A program made the translations under genes and the position numbers. Below, in pieces: positions 36,101-49,026 of a DNA stretch of 64,000 nucleotides. This DNA comes from Botryllus schlosseri (lineage: Eukaryota), in the NCBI GenBank assembly GCA_051294905.1, contig CM119381.1, positions 25,110,001 to 25,174,000 of the forward strand. The letters are read 5' to 3'. The notes beneath the pieces are model-generated. The model was not told the DNA's origin. It did no database searches and worked only from the letters and a program-made list of their open reading frames with translations. Position 1 is the first letter of the stretch. Each line of letters starts with the position of its first letter.

Positions 36101-39100
36101 AACGGAGTAAAAAGCCAATGGAGGCGTTTTGCCCCACCTATTTCGCAAAGCATCAAATTGATGGACATAAATGAATGATAATGTTACATATGATGATTGA
36201 TACTTGGACTTTCCAGTCGGTCGTGGTAGAGTAGGGAGGATATCTCGCGCAGAAATATCGAAATTCCATCCGTTTCGACTAGTTTGGTGGATATTATGAC
36301 GTTTCTCGCTTAGGGTATGCGTATGTATCTATGTATATGGGGGTTATGGTGCTTAGCAACTATGGCCTTTTGCACCAAACCTGAATATTGTTAGTCTATA
36401 TGCTCTATTAAACTACTAGATTAAAGCTGTCTCTCGGTTAAAAAACATATTCAATGACTGGTACAATGGTGTAGGGTTGCCGAGTAGAGCTACAATATCA
36501 ATGGGTACGTGGTTCCGTTCTGCTATGTCCAATAAATAATTTCGCTGCACGTTTTAGCGAGTGCATTGAAGCAAAAAATGCTCCACCGTTTCAGATACGC
36601 CACATGTCGCACAAAGACCATCGCCGTGACAACCTAAGCGATGTAAATGGGCGTCCAGTTTACAATGCCCAGTCTGAAGGCGTATCAGTATCGATGATTC
36701 TTTTCTGGAGAGCCCTAGCATTGGAGAAATCCCCCCAACCAATATATGTTTTCTCGTGAAACAACTTTCGCCCAAAAGTTTCTAATAGTTGAATAAGAAC
36801 GCCCCATCTCTTGAGCACTGTAATGCGTTTCAGAAAAGCCCCCCTCGACAACATTTAAGTTACTCTACTCGTCGCATTTGTACTGCTGTCTATACTCAGA
36901 TTGCAAGAACGAGAGTATTCGGTGCCGACTGCCGACAACGGAACATATCCAATTATCCATATCGAGTTGTTTGACTATCCAGTGACGGACATTTTTGGCC
37001 AGGGTCTTGTCTCCGCTGATGTTTTGGCACCGCACTTTAACAGCGCAATGTTGGCAAAAACTTAACATCTTCATGTGCCCCGACGGTAAGGGGTTGGCCT
37101 CGATCCGAATGAGTCTCATAGAGCTGAACTCGGTCGCCGCACACCCCTACACTATAGTTCATCCCAACAGTCTTCTACCATTTTTTCCAGAAAAAGCATA
37201 GTACGACAAATCTGACCATGAATTCAACCACAGGTCGGCAGATTCTCATGATCAAGCCATATTTTCTGCGTGCCTGGCTTATTGGCTATAGTGAACTTGC
37301 ATATTAAAATACGATTTCATGATTTTTTGCAATAAATTCAACAAATATTACATACATATTACCAGATATAGGCTATCTGGCGCCGTGTCGACCAAAAATT
37401 AGACACTTTGCTGCTCATACTTTAATAACCCTGGAAGGGGTGTAAATGTGCGTTACAGTAACTTGCAAATGTGAGTCTGTAATGATGGTATTTACTGCTA
37501 TACTCGTACCTCGCGATAATCGAACTGTTATTACGAAAATATCATGATTGTACAGTGTCCACTGTCCAGCGAATGAAAGCAGAAAGTCAATTTGACGTCA
37601 TTTTCCCAGCCTATCACCGGCTCAGATGCGCTAATGCACTGTATGTCTGCCCCTGCAACGGCTTTCAAACCAGGATTTTGTTCACGTAATAATTATAGTG
37701 CGAAAATAGTTATTCACTACGGCTTGTGAGAGACAAAGTTATTGTCAAAGCTACGATTAGTGGCGTGTCGCAAGTCAAACAAGTTTTTACAATTGCGTCT
37801 CAACTACAAAAGTTAGGGAGACACTGCCCTTGAATTTCCAATTAGTTTGCTTTGAATTATTCCACGTCAGAAAAATTAACACTTATTTACCATATTCATT
37901 CACATTCATCTGGACTTTCATTCGCACCACCATCGTCATTCGCACTGCTAATTTTCCATTCGCACTAGTGCGTACCATCTCACAGGTTGAAAAGAACTGC
38001 ATTATACATGTAAACACGCGTGGATTTGGCGCTGCCAATAGCCTTCGCAATGTAGCAGACCATTTGCGCGAATCGAACGATTGTTTGATTCGAATGCCCT
38101 CGCGGATCGTGATGTTACCGCTTATTGTTTTGTGAGCAGTTTTGCCACGGTCGCCTTTTACGATCGGAGCAGCGCTGCCTCTACCGAGGATTCTAATCGT
38201 TTAAATATAAGAGTTATGCGAACGTCTTAACGTGATTAATACGGAGTCCGCGACTATTCGAGAACGCGCGATCGAAGAGCACGGTATAACGTACAGCATT
38301 TATAGCGAATAAATGTCGTTTACATTGCATTGTATCAATATGCCGTACTATTTAGTATGGAGTATATGTTGTGAGCAGCACAGGGATGTGACCAAGTCAC
38401 AAGGTTCCGAGTCACAAGTCTATCTTAATTTTACAGTTTTGACTCGAGTAACGGCGAGTCATTTTCAATGCACCACCGATTTAAGTCCGAATGCAAGGGA
38501 TCGATTCGGAGACAGGGTCATAGTGTGAACTGTTACGTTTCGAGTTGAAGTCATGCTCAACTGACTTTTTTACAAATCTGCTTGGGCGAAATTGAATGCC
38601 TCGCTTCCATAATATACTAATTTGAAATATTACTCACTATTAACAGTGTCCTACCTTATTTTTTGGTATCAGTACTGATCGACCAAACATCAATAATGAG
38701 GAAAGTTACTATTTTTCGGAGTTGCAATGAAATGTCTGTTCGGTCGTGCGGATCTGGAGTACAAGTCAAGTATATTTTGGTGGCAATACTACTAACGGAT
38801 CTCATTAAATCCCAGAATGTACACGTTCCATCAAACATTGTTATATTGCAGCACTACCTTAATTCTCTTGCATATCGAGTACCTGATGTTCATACTGCAA
38901 AACGCAATGCACACTGCACATATGCGATGACATGATGTAACAGGGCTACACCTTATGTTACCGCATACAGCAACTTATAATTGACGCACCGTCCCCGTAA
39001 TAATTCATTCACACTTACTTTTTTGAAATAAGCCGGAACCGATCACGACAACAAACCCGCAAAGTATCTTCGTTGAATATCTCATTACCTCCGGGTATGA

Positions 39101-40260
39101 ATATCCACGTTAACGCGATTCAATAATTATCTATCTATAATATAAATACCTGAGTCATGGAGGCAAAAGTATTTATCTCTGAACATAAAAGGAAAATAAT
39201 GGTGAAAGACATGTTGACCATAAATACAACAGCGCAACCAATACGTCTCCCCCGACTTGCTGGACTACGAAAGCAATAATAAATATGCCCCTATCTCCTT
39301 TTAGAATCGCCTGAAATTGCGTTATTCTCGTAATCTGATCAGATTATTATTCCACAAGATGCCACTCGAAGCCCGCAAACCACTAATCCAATGCTGTTTG
39401 GACGTAGATGTTTTCAAGGGTGTTGACAGAATATAAACATTAAAGGAATATACATAAGTGCATATTACAAACGAATACGCAGGTGTTAACTAAGAGCTCG
39501 ACGAGCGAATGTTGTCAAAAGTTATGAATACAAAATTGTAAAATATTCAGAAATGCGTCTGTATGCCAATACGAAACCAAACGCATTCAGACGTTGCATT
39601 ATTCGGAATAACACAGAGAGAAAAGGACGAACAGCAATTACTGCTCAGATAGTATTTTTTATAATAAATGTGTTACGATATTTCAACACGGTACGAATCC
39701 ATACGATCGTTATTCCATCACGCATTGTACTAGTCTGTTGAAATTCCTCGTAGTCACAGAACAGTGAATCCTCAACGCGCGATTTTGAAGGCATTCGATT
39801 CGCGCATATACATCTGTTGGTGACATCGGCAAAATGTCACGGTTATAACGTGCTTCTTCGTGGAGGCTACTTCTGTAACTTTGCGCGCCGAATCTTCCTC
39901 AGAGCGAAGTGTTGCCTAAAATAGTGACGTGTACATATACCGAATATAAACATACATGTTACGTCGCCTGGTTGATCTGCAGTCGTTGCGAGTTGTCCGG
40001 TTAATTGAGTGAGCTTGACCACACGTTAAACAAGGGTCACAACACAAAATTCGATCAATAACAGCGAACTGAAATTATAGTAAACTTGGTACGCCATGGA
40101 TCGATCATCGTTCCTCATATCACGAGATGAAGAAACTAAATGAGTTCAGATCTGCCATTCGACAAAATTGTTAGAGCTATATACGCCACGTTCGTGAACG
40201 CTTGGAATTTGAATATAAATTTGAATATGAATGCTGATTGTCTTGCTATGGAAAATCGTG
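33200..40260 (-). pseudogene. Scattered decayed CUB-like and LDLa-like exon relics
   Basis: RRCDG(fs)LTDC ~33230; CGSVIPGGYSVNSP...C and LASFC 35370-35770; ASIGFLLRY ~36090; L*DGTH*CE...PDEC ~37900; TFHCNSEK**...IPKNK 38655-38753 with splice sites; NAFGFVLAY, EDSLFCDY...RDG and YSNLYSN...TWRI 39550-40250. Confidence 0.45.
36320..37200 (-). mobile_element. 3' fragment of an RNase H-bearing (I-group-like) LINE
   Basis: LIRLQTGHCKLDAHLHRLG...LCATCGVSETVEHFLLQC zinc-knuckle tail; upstream ISGDKTLAK resembles a decayed RNase H motif. Confidence 0.8.
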
Positions 40261-42944
40261 AACATTCGTTTAGGGAAGTGGTTCTCAAACTTAAAGGGGA
40301 CTAGTAATCTGGTAAGAAATATTACCATTGTATCTCTGCTGTCACCTCATGACCTTATTTCACCCAAACTATAGCTAAAAACTGTAAAATTCCAATGTTA
40401 TTTTCCTTTGATAATTGGAGGGGAGTGTTCTTTATCAAGTTACAACCAAAAAATCGCATGTTCCGTCCGATAACTCCATAAAATATAGGGTTTGACTTTA
40501 TAAAAAAAATATATATCTATATCAGGGGTGGGCAGTTATTTTTCTCCGCCGGCCAAATGAGAAGCAGAAAATATGTCGGCGGGCCGAGTCAGAAATGTTA
40601 TCTGTATTCTAAATTGAAAGCAGTTAATTACACTAAATGGTGTTCAGTGTATGTGTGGATATTGGGGAATGAGAAAGTGACGGTTAATTGCCAAAAGCAA
40701 TCTTTATTTGAGGTCATATTTGTAAACATGTTAAACATGATCAATTTTGAACCCTCTTTAAATCCATATCCACGTTTTTCTATCAATACCTTAGAATGAA
40801 TTTGGGATGTCCGAAACAGCCCGTCCTCAACCCCCAAACGTTGGTCTTCGGCCCCCCATAGAGTTATAAACCAAACTGTAAGGGGCTTCGCCCCCAGACC
40901 AGTCCCCATCGGGATGAGCGTTTTTACCACTACTTCTGAGCAAGAATTATTGTATAGACTAATTGGCTACGTTTGATGCCCTAATAGCGCAAAGCGCGGA
41001 ATTTTCCCATGATTCATGATTCTATGGTTCATCAATATTGGTAATTGCATATATATTGCTATTATTTTTAACCTCTCCCGGCCCAAGTACCCAGTGTCTC
41101 AACTAGAGCTAGATAAAAATTTGAAAGACGTGGCATAAATTTAAAAAAACGAACACTATAATTTATATTCATTCACGAAATAATTTTTTGCGCCCTTCGA
41201 GTTCGCCCCCTCTCCCCCTCCCCCCCCCCCATTGGAGGGTTTGAGGTGCAGCAGTTACGGTCCTGGGGTCCTGGTTTCAGAGAAGTGTGCAGATTGCGGA
41301 TATGGCCTTGTCGTTGAGCCAAGCTTGCAGTTATTTCGAAATTCGCCGTCCCTCGATCGAGTGCATGTCTTCGTGTTTTTGTCATAGAACCGACTTAATT
41401 TATACTCCTTAAACACGGCGACGTGCTCGGCACTAACTACTAAAAAGACGGGTAGTAAACACATATTTAGTCCTCTGAACCATCATTGCATTTCAGGTTT
41501 CGGCTTTCTTTTTTTACATCCTTTATGGGTGGTGATATGCCCATAGAAATCACGGGCACTAATTGGCTTGTTTTACGAATGTGGAAATGCAATTAACAAT
41601 TTTTGAAACGCAGACCGCGCAATACGTAATGTGAAAATGGCAACAAAGAAGGTTCGGTGACTACATGTAACTTCAATTGTAACGGCATAATTTGCTACAT
41701 TGACTTTACTTCGAATCTGCATTAGGCATGTGAGGTATACGTATAGGCCGCTTAATCGCGGCATGTCAATGAACAGGCTTGATAGTAAATGAATTTCCGG
41801 TTCAGTTTATACAGTATACATACCATGGTTTTATGGTTTTAGTTCACGCAGCAACATTAAAAATTAGGTTTTATATTTTCAATTTCAAGCAACCTTTCGC
41901 GGGCCGCACAAAATAGCTCCGGGATCGGTGGATAATCCAAGAATTATCATCGAAAAACTCAAATAACTCCGCTTCTACTGGTTCGAATTGAGTCAAATTT
42001 GTTTTGCATCGTCTTTGAAGGCAGCGCAACGATTTCATGGGGATAACAGAGAAATCAGACAAAAGATTTTTTTTGCATCTTTGGGTAAATTCAAAATTTT
42101 CAAACTGTACGAAATCAGCGATTATTGGTTGGAATGATTTAAAATTTGATGTGCGTCGTTTTTTAAGGCAACCTAACGATTTAATCACGTAACCATCAAG
42201 AATCAGGAAAAAAAGCTATTTTTGAACAGCCCTAGTATACATATATAGTATACTCAACGGTCTCCTAACAATTCTCTAAATGGCTCACGGTCCCTTAAAA
42301 TATAAACACGAATAAACACAAAACAACACACTGGTATCATGGTATCTATGTGACGGATCCTACTGCTTTTTTGCGACAAGTTCGGCTATGCCTGGTTCCG
42401 TTTTGGACAACGCCACCGGTTAGTGGTGCCAAAAATGCAGACTCGCATTCACATATTACCGGGAAACAGTGAAACCAAATTGACGAGAGGAATTATTGAA
42501 TCATACTTTTTCGAGATTCAAATTTAAGGTGAAAATTAGCTAAAAGTTGGGAAAAGCATTCAATTCGAAACTTAATAAAAATAACCACCCTTAATCAACT
42601 TGCCCATACACCTCCTCGTCATAGTCAGGTATATCTCGTAATTGTGTTATTGGTCAGTTATAGAGGCATGTTAAGTCACCAATATACACTCCTTGATATC
42701 ACAGAGGCGATAATAACGAGTTTGGAAAATAACTTGTCTGAAAGATTTTCTTTCAGGATAGTGCTATTTTTGGAAGGTGTTTCGCGCCACGGAAAGTTAT
42801 CTCGTGGAACCGAAAACGACCTCGGATCCCAGTTTGAAAACCGCTGGTCTATGGCAGTGCATACCGATTACAACTCTGAGGAGTACCGAAATACGCCCAA
42901 TGTCAAGCACACTGCATTAAAAGTAAGAATCGGCTTTTACTCAC

Positions 42945-42998
42945 CATATGCATCTTCGTCGTTGTCAGATGACACATGCATATTTGTCACTGACGTGT
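42945..42998 (-). CDS. Candidate upstream exon of gene A
   Basis: 54 bp, phase 1->1, strong TTTCTCTTTGTTCAG acceptor and GTGAGT donor; TSVTNMHVSSDNDEDAY; phase-compatible with exon 30266. Confidence 0.45.
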
Positions 42999-43975
42999 CT
43001 GAACAAAGAGAAATGACTTCATTGTAAAGCAATAACCAAATATCCAAATGCATTTTCCCACGCAAAACTCGATAATTGACTACACATGCCAGCCGAATCC
43101 ATTCCATGAGTTTAATAATGGGTATTCTATCTAATAAGATTGTGGCAGGTCATTAAAAAGATAGAATAATAAACGATACCGAAAGGACGGAGAGACACAA
43201 ACAAATTGTATTGACTCTAGTTGCACGAAACGACTGTACGCAATTCACAGGTATGTGTTTGAGTAATCATGCTAATTTCCGAACCTTTGGATTCCGGTAA
43301 ATAGTGGAATATAACTGCATCGCATATGTAACATATCGTGGATACATCGTAAATAAGTTGAACACAAGAAAGACGTGCCAAAACAGATTCCATGGAGTTG
43401 CAGATTGAATATGAGCATACATGACGAAGAATTATTAGAATGCCTATAATATTGAGGTTATTATATCACCGTACGACAGATGGTTCCCAAGATTTTTGGT
43501 CGCGAATGAATTTTCGATTTGAAGATGTTTCACGACCAACCTCTATATTTGGTAGCAGGTCAGCCCCATGGCCCAGAGAGACCCAAGGAATATTTGGGGA
43601 GATGAGTACTAAAAAAAGCGCCTTCGTGACCCCCCGAAAAGAAAAGGAAACGACGCTCCGGGGTTCACGACGCCTGAATTTAACCGCTGGTGCAGTCTAT
43701 AGGTCAGTGGTCGGGAACCTATGACTCGCGAGCCATATATCGATCTTTTGGGTATAAGATATGGCTCTTTGACAAATTTTTAATTTTGTACCTAGTTTTT
43801 CAATATTGCAGCAGCTTGTTAGTAAATTTTCATGTCGGTCAGAATAATTATTCTCGTGGCAGCATAAACATGTCTTTGAGAGGTCAAGACAGTGGTATAA
43901 CCGGGGTTACGGGTTCGTACCCCCATTTTTAAAATCCTCAAATTCAAGTTGCTGTCGCGGCTGAATTCGACCTAC

Positions 43976-44080
43976 CCGCCATCGCGCGTCTCGAAATCTT
44001 GGATTGCACGATACCTTGATTGATACCTTGACATGGCGACGCTTGTAGGACAATGCAGTTATCAAGCACACATTGTCTTC
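43976..44080 (-). CDS. Candidate upstream exon of gene A
   Basis: 105 bp, phase 1->1, open, GTAGGT donor; RQCVLDNCIVLQASPCQGINQGIVQSKISRRAMA. Confidence 0.3.
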
Positions 44081-44793
44081 CTGATTTAAACCGATATTTA
44101 AACTTCCTTGGAAGTGACATTACCAATTACAAATTAAAATTAAGATCAACGCGATTGCTATCAAAGTTCTCGATTGGTAACGTAAGTAGCTTTCTAGAAC
44201 CGCCGTAAAATGTAGGTGTGTAGCGTTATGATACGCTGAATACTTTAGAAGTCGATCAATATTTAGATTTGCGGAAACAGCGTGACAATTTCATTTGAAT
44301 AATATCGGTGATGATAAATTCTAAGGTATTTACGATGAGTTGCGCTACCACAGGTGAGGTTTGGCCCGTCTGTTCCTTAACTCTCCTTTCGCACTATATT
44401 TTCGAGCAATAAATATGAAAATTCCGTGATTTTGGGAATAGAAACGTTGAAAATCAAATCATTCATAAACATCGATAAAAATACCAATAACCATTGAGGT
44501 TTTCACTATTTCCCCTCACTCATACCTGACGACATGTGAGGCACTACCTCACTTGCCTCGCCTAACCCCACGCCATTGACATATCACACCCTGCAGTGGG
44601 TATGCACAGTTGTAGTGACCATGATTGGCTCCACCTATGCATGTGGGCAGAAAAATATGACGCACACTACGAATCTCATATATTAGTGCTACCAATACGT
44701 CACGAACTTTCGATTGTGACGTAACAGTTGATTGACATGTATGGGAGTTACAATTGAAAATATCGCTAATCAATAACTTCATATTGGTAATTT

Positions 44794-44835
44794 ATTCGCT
44801 AAAAGCTTGTCGACTGACTCTCATCAGTAGGGAAC
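44794..44835 (-). ncRNA. Minimal hammerhead motif, inverted copy (GAAA->GACA)
   Basis: Reverse complement gttcccta-CTGATGA-gagtcagtc-GACA-agct-tt-tagcgaat. Confidence 0.65.
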
Positions 44836-46174
44836 GTCAGTGATAGGGTGATTCAAATTCGAAATGTAAAAACTATAGAAAATTGACTGTCATTGTAATG
44901 ATCAGCACATTCTGGATGGGATAAGAGATGCTGTCCAATAGCTAACATTTTTGTGGGGTATTACGAGAAACGGATATTCGAAGATATTGATCGAGCATTA
45001 ATGTATCAAAGATATGTTGATGACACCTTCGCCATATTTGAGAATGAATCCCAGTGTGATTTGTTTTTGAGCAAATTGAATGGTCTTCATCCGTCACTGA
45101 AATTCACCATGGAAAAAGAGTTAATAATTCATTAGCATTCCTTGATGTTGTAGTTGAAAAGACGGGTGCTAATTTTCTTACGTCAGTTTACCGTAAGAAG
45201 ACATTCAGTGGGCAATACATTTCGTGGGATTCTTTCTGTCCAGAAAAACGTAAAGTAAATTTGATAAGAACTCTGGTGCACAGGGCTCTGATGATTTGTA
45301 GTAAAGTCAAACTTGATTCTGAATTGGAGAACATTCGGTCAATCTTACAGTCAAATGGTTATCCTGATCATATCATTAAAATGACCATGACCAATGACCA
45401 TGGATCGTAAACTCAAAGATTTCAGAAAAGTTAAACCGTTTGGACCTAGAAAATGTCCTGCTTATTTGCATCTTCCTTGGATTGGGAAAGTGTCCAACAG
45501 GTTTGAAAAACAAATTAAATCGTCAGTGAGGCATTGTTTTTCACTAGTAGAACCTCTGATAATCTTCATGACGAAATCTCTGATGCCTGTAACGCAAAAG
45601 GATGTGCTACCTGCGACAAATCAAAGCAACATAGTATATGAATACACGTGCCGATGTGACAGTCGGTATGTAGGTCGCACGTCTCAGCGCTTGCAGCAAA
45701 GAATTCGCCAGCATGTCCCACGGCAAATTAGAATAACTAATGTTTCTCCAACTCCTTCATCGCAGTCTGTTGACACACTGCGTGATTATGATCAAGTTAC
45801 TGCTTGTAATTCGGCTATTGGACGTCATCTCTTAGCCCATCCAGAATGTGCTGATCATTAAAATGACAGTCAATTTTCTATAATTGCTCGTCGCCGTTCT
45901 CTTTTTCATTTAAAGGTCCTGGAATCTACGATCGTAAAGCTGCGAAAGCCGATTCTTTGTAGCCAGGAGGAACGCCTCCACACTCTTGGAATATTTCATT
46001 AATGTTTTGTGTTGTGTTTTCGGTTATTTATAACCGAATATGTACTCGTTAACGTTTGTTTTGTACCGTAACTACCGTATCCTGCCCGTCTACTAGTTGT
46101 TTGTTTTTGTTATCATAACGTCATAGAGACAAAATAGTTCTTACATTTCGAATGTGATTCACCCTATCACTGAC

Positions 46175-46216
46175 ATTCGCTACCGATGAGAGTCAGTCGA
46201 AAAGCTTTTAGCGAAT
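46175..46216 (+). ncRNA. Minimal type I hammerhead ribozyme motif (core U4C variant)
   Basis: attcgcta-CCGATGA-gagtcagtc-GAAA-agct-tt-tagcgaat: 8-bp stem I, 2-bp stem II, palindromic AAGCTT stem III. Confidence 0.7.
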
Positions 46217-48479
46217 AAATTAACAATATGAAGTTATTGTTTCGCGTTATTCTGAAGTTCTGTACCACAAATCACTTGTTGTAATTGAAAATATGGATTC
46301 AATATGGCTCTTCGGTCAAAAAAGGTTCCCGACCACTGCTATAGGTCTATTATGTGTGATACAGGCCACTCGTGGTCGTACCTCTTAGCGAAGACGAGGA
46401 ACCGATACCGGCAGTACCCAGTGTGCGTGAAATTAGTCCTGGACTGCAATTATATGGCCAATTGGTCAATGAAATGAATCATAACGCAAGTCCGATGTAT
46501 AGCGTATTCAAAATAAACAACTATTCGCAGTTTCGTGGATTCTCTCGTATACACTATACATGTTCATTATAGGCTTGTTCAAAAATAACTACTAGGTGCA
46601 AATTTTACTGTGTATTCAATAAAACTGTTAGGCAGACTAAAAAAGCGCTTTACACGAAATTTGGCTCAATTCCAACTAGTAGAAGCGAAAATATTAGAGC
46701 ACAACATTTTGTATTTGACAACAAGAGTATTTATGGTGGCAAATCCCGTGATTATTTATCCTAGACTACCCGCCCTAAGTAGTATTATTTCAAACCAAAG
46801 ATTTTGAACATCACTAACTCCTACTGCTATTAACTACTACTACAGCTATTAAAACATATAATTCGTTGAAAATTTCTGTTCGCGATAAAAAAAATAAATG
46901 TCGTCAAACGGAAGTGATTTCACCCATTCATGCGTGTGGACAAAAAGAGTTCTTTTTGTCAAGGAATGATGATCCTGAGTGAAGAAGCAGCCAAATCATT
47001 ACCAACGAGTGAACGACAGATGTCGTGCATGACATTCGTGAAAATATAGTCAACGTCACGGAATGATGCTCTATATGGTATCATGCTAGAAAATCCATGC
47101 TATCGATCTACTTACTATTATGAAGGCGGTTCAACTTTTATTGCTGGAAAATCATCTGATTTTTTACATACGTATAACGCTAGGACCTCCACGGCATCCG
47201 CTAGCATCTCAGACTAGGAATTGCGAATGAGCACGTATATACATACTGGAGATCAGTATATTTAGCGTCAGAGTGATGGAAATCTCAGACCAGGGGTCAT
47301 CAACGGACCTTCACATCATCCGCTAGCATATCATACGAGAAATTGCGAATGTACAAGTCTGTACGCTTTTGGAAAAGTGCCAAATCAAAGTATAATGGAA
47401 ATGAGTATATTTAGCGTCAGAGCGATGGATTGCCTAGACCAGGGGTCACCAACGGACGGGATGAGTTTCCCTTAATGGCAGTAGTAAATATTCAAACGAG
47501 AGAATTGAAGGGATCGATGTGAACAGCTCTTGAACATGGGTCGGTTGACACAAAGGAACAAGCTAACGGAGTTATCGATTGGATGGCGTCGCTCGTCTTC
47601 GCTCCTGCGGAATCAGACAAGAAATCTGTTGAATATTTCTGAGCCTCAACGCGGAGATTGGCTCTTCGCGGCCTAGTGCGGGAATTCAACTGAGGTCGAA
47701 GACGGTCCCGGGAAGACGTATCAGTTCTTGGCAAGGAGCGGAAACCCTGCCCAGAGTTCTTATTTTGACAGTGAAAAAATTATACCAAATAAAGGGTAAA
47801 TGGAGGGAGTGACGGGTAGCCCTTCGCATTGAGCAGTACTCAGGAAGTAGCTCTTGGTTTCAAAAAGTTTGTGACTCCTGGCCTAGACACTACTACCGCA
47901 GAACAGAATAGCTCATCGTTAGTTGTATATCCGGAATGATGGCTGAATGAACATGATTAAATGATCAACTATACTGTGAGACGTTGACGGTGCTGCTAAA
48001 ATGACATCGACTTGCGGGAATCGTGCGATTCTATATGACGCGTTTGTGTTCGAAATGCGACTCTTAGCAATACAGAAGCTATAGCAAACATGTTGGCAAA
48101 ATACCATTTGCATGGCTCGTTATTCATCCATACATCCACAATTTTCCAGAACCGCTATCTAATCCGATTTCTACTTTGGGGAAGCGAGAGTCGCTTTTAT
48201 TAAAACGTTTCAAGAGTTTGAAAAGTTCCAGCGTGATACTATCTCGAACCTTTCATGGGATCGCAGTATCAGTCGATGATGGGCCTGCTGCAGTTAACCC
48301 AGCTACACTGAACAGTATCTCTAGTTGTGACCGATGTATCTAGCTCTAGCACGACGGACAAAATACTCGTACCCGTGGTTCTTAACCGTTACTAACTTGG
48401 GGAACACTGACGCCGGTCTGCAAGCCTTCGCATTACACCAAACTTCTGAGAGTAATAAAACAAAACTCTAATTAATATA

Positions 48480-49026
48480 GGGTAGCATTTAAAACAAAAT
48501 CAATTTAAATCAAACATGTTCAAAACAAGGCCCTTGTTTAAAACATTTTGTAGCCATGACGTCACAAATATTTAATAGTGACTTCACAATAGATTGGCAT
48601 TGACAATTGAAAATATAGGGTAAATAGGCTCCTTTGTCGAAAAGAGCTTCCGATCACTGTCATAAACAGACCAAAAATAACTTTAACCCGGACTACATCG
48701 TTATGCAGCATATTTTCGGTCGGCGGTCATCATCATCAGAACACCCATTCTGTATCAGTGATCTATATATACGTGCAAAAACTGTTGAACTGACGACGAT
48801 TTGGAGGGTTCTAACTACCCCACATCGTATACGTCGACTATTCTGGGTGCAAATCGTCATTAGGCTCATACTATATGTTTTTTCGGACGTATTTACGCTA
48901 TTATCGCATAATTAGACAACGTTTGAAAGACAAATTTTTTTTTTCAAAAAGGCATTTGTTAAAACACTGTTTAAAACATGTTTTCAACAAAGTGTTTTAA
49001 AACACCGTCTGTTTTAAATGCAACCC
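48480..49026. mobile_element. MITE with gggt(a/t)gcattt termini, copy 2
   Basis: gggtagcattt...aaatgcaaccc, TA-flanked; homologous to 23840-24347. Confidence 0.7.

Larger units (their letters stand above)
44771..46239 (+). mobile_element. Penelope-like retroelement, 5'-truncated, with RT and GIY-YIG relics and inverted terminal repeats
   Basis: RYVDDTF, HPSLKFTMEKE, VYRKKTFSG, YEYTCRCDSRYVGRTSQRLQQRIRQH; ~105-bp repeat at 44771-44877 is the reverse complement of 46134-46239; ORF has frameshifts and a stop. Confidence 0.92.

Noticed and set aside
26743-37990. In-frame TGA at Cys-like positions (SQ*VAK, L*DG) suggesting selenocysteine
   Set aside because: The same relics carry TAG/TAA stops and frameshifts; TGY->TGA is the expected nonsense change in Cys-rich dead exons; I saw no SECIS
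46380-46445. TSP1-like or first-exon candidate (NWPYNCSPGLISRT)
   Set aside because: Motif is too degenerate, no ATG or signal peptide was found, and the acceptor is unclear
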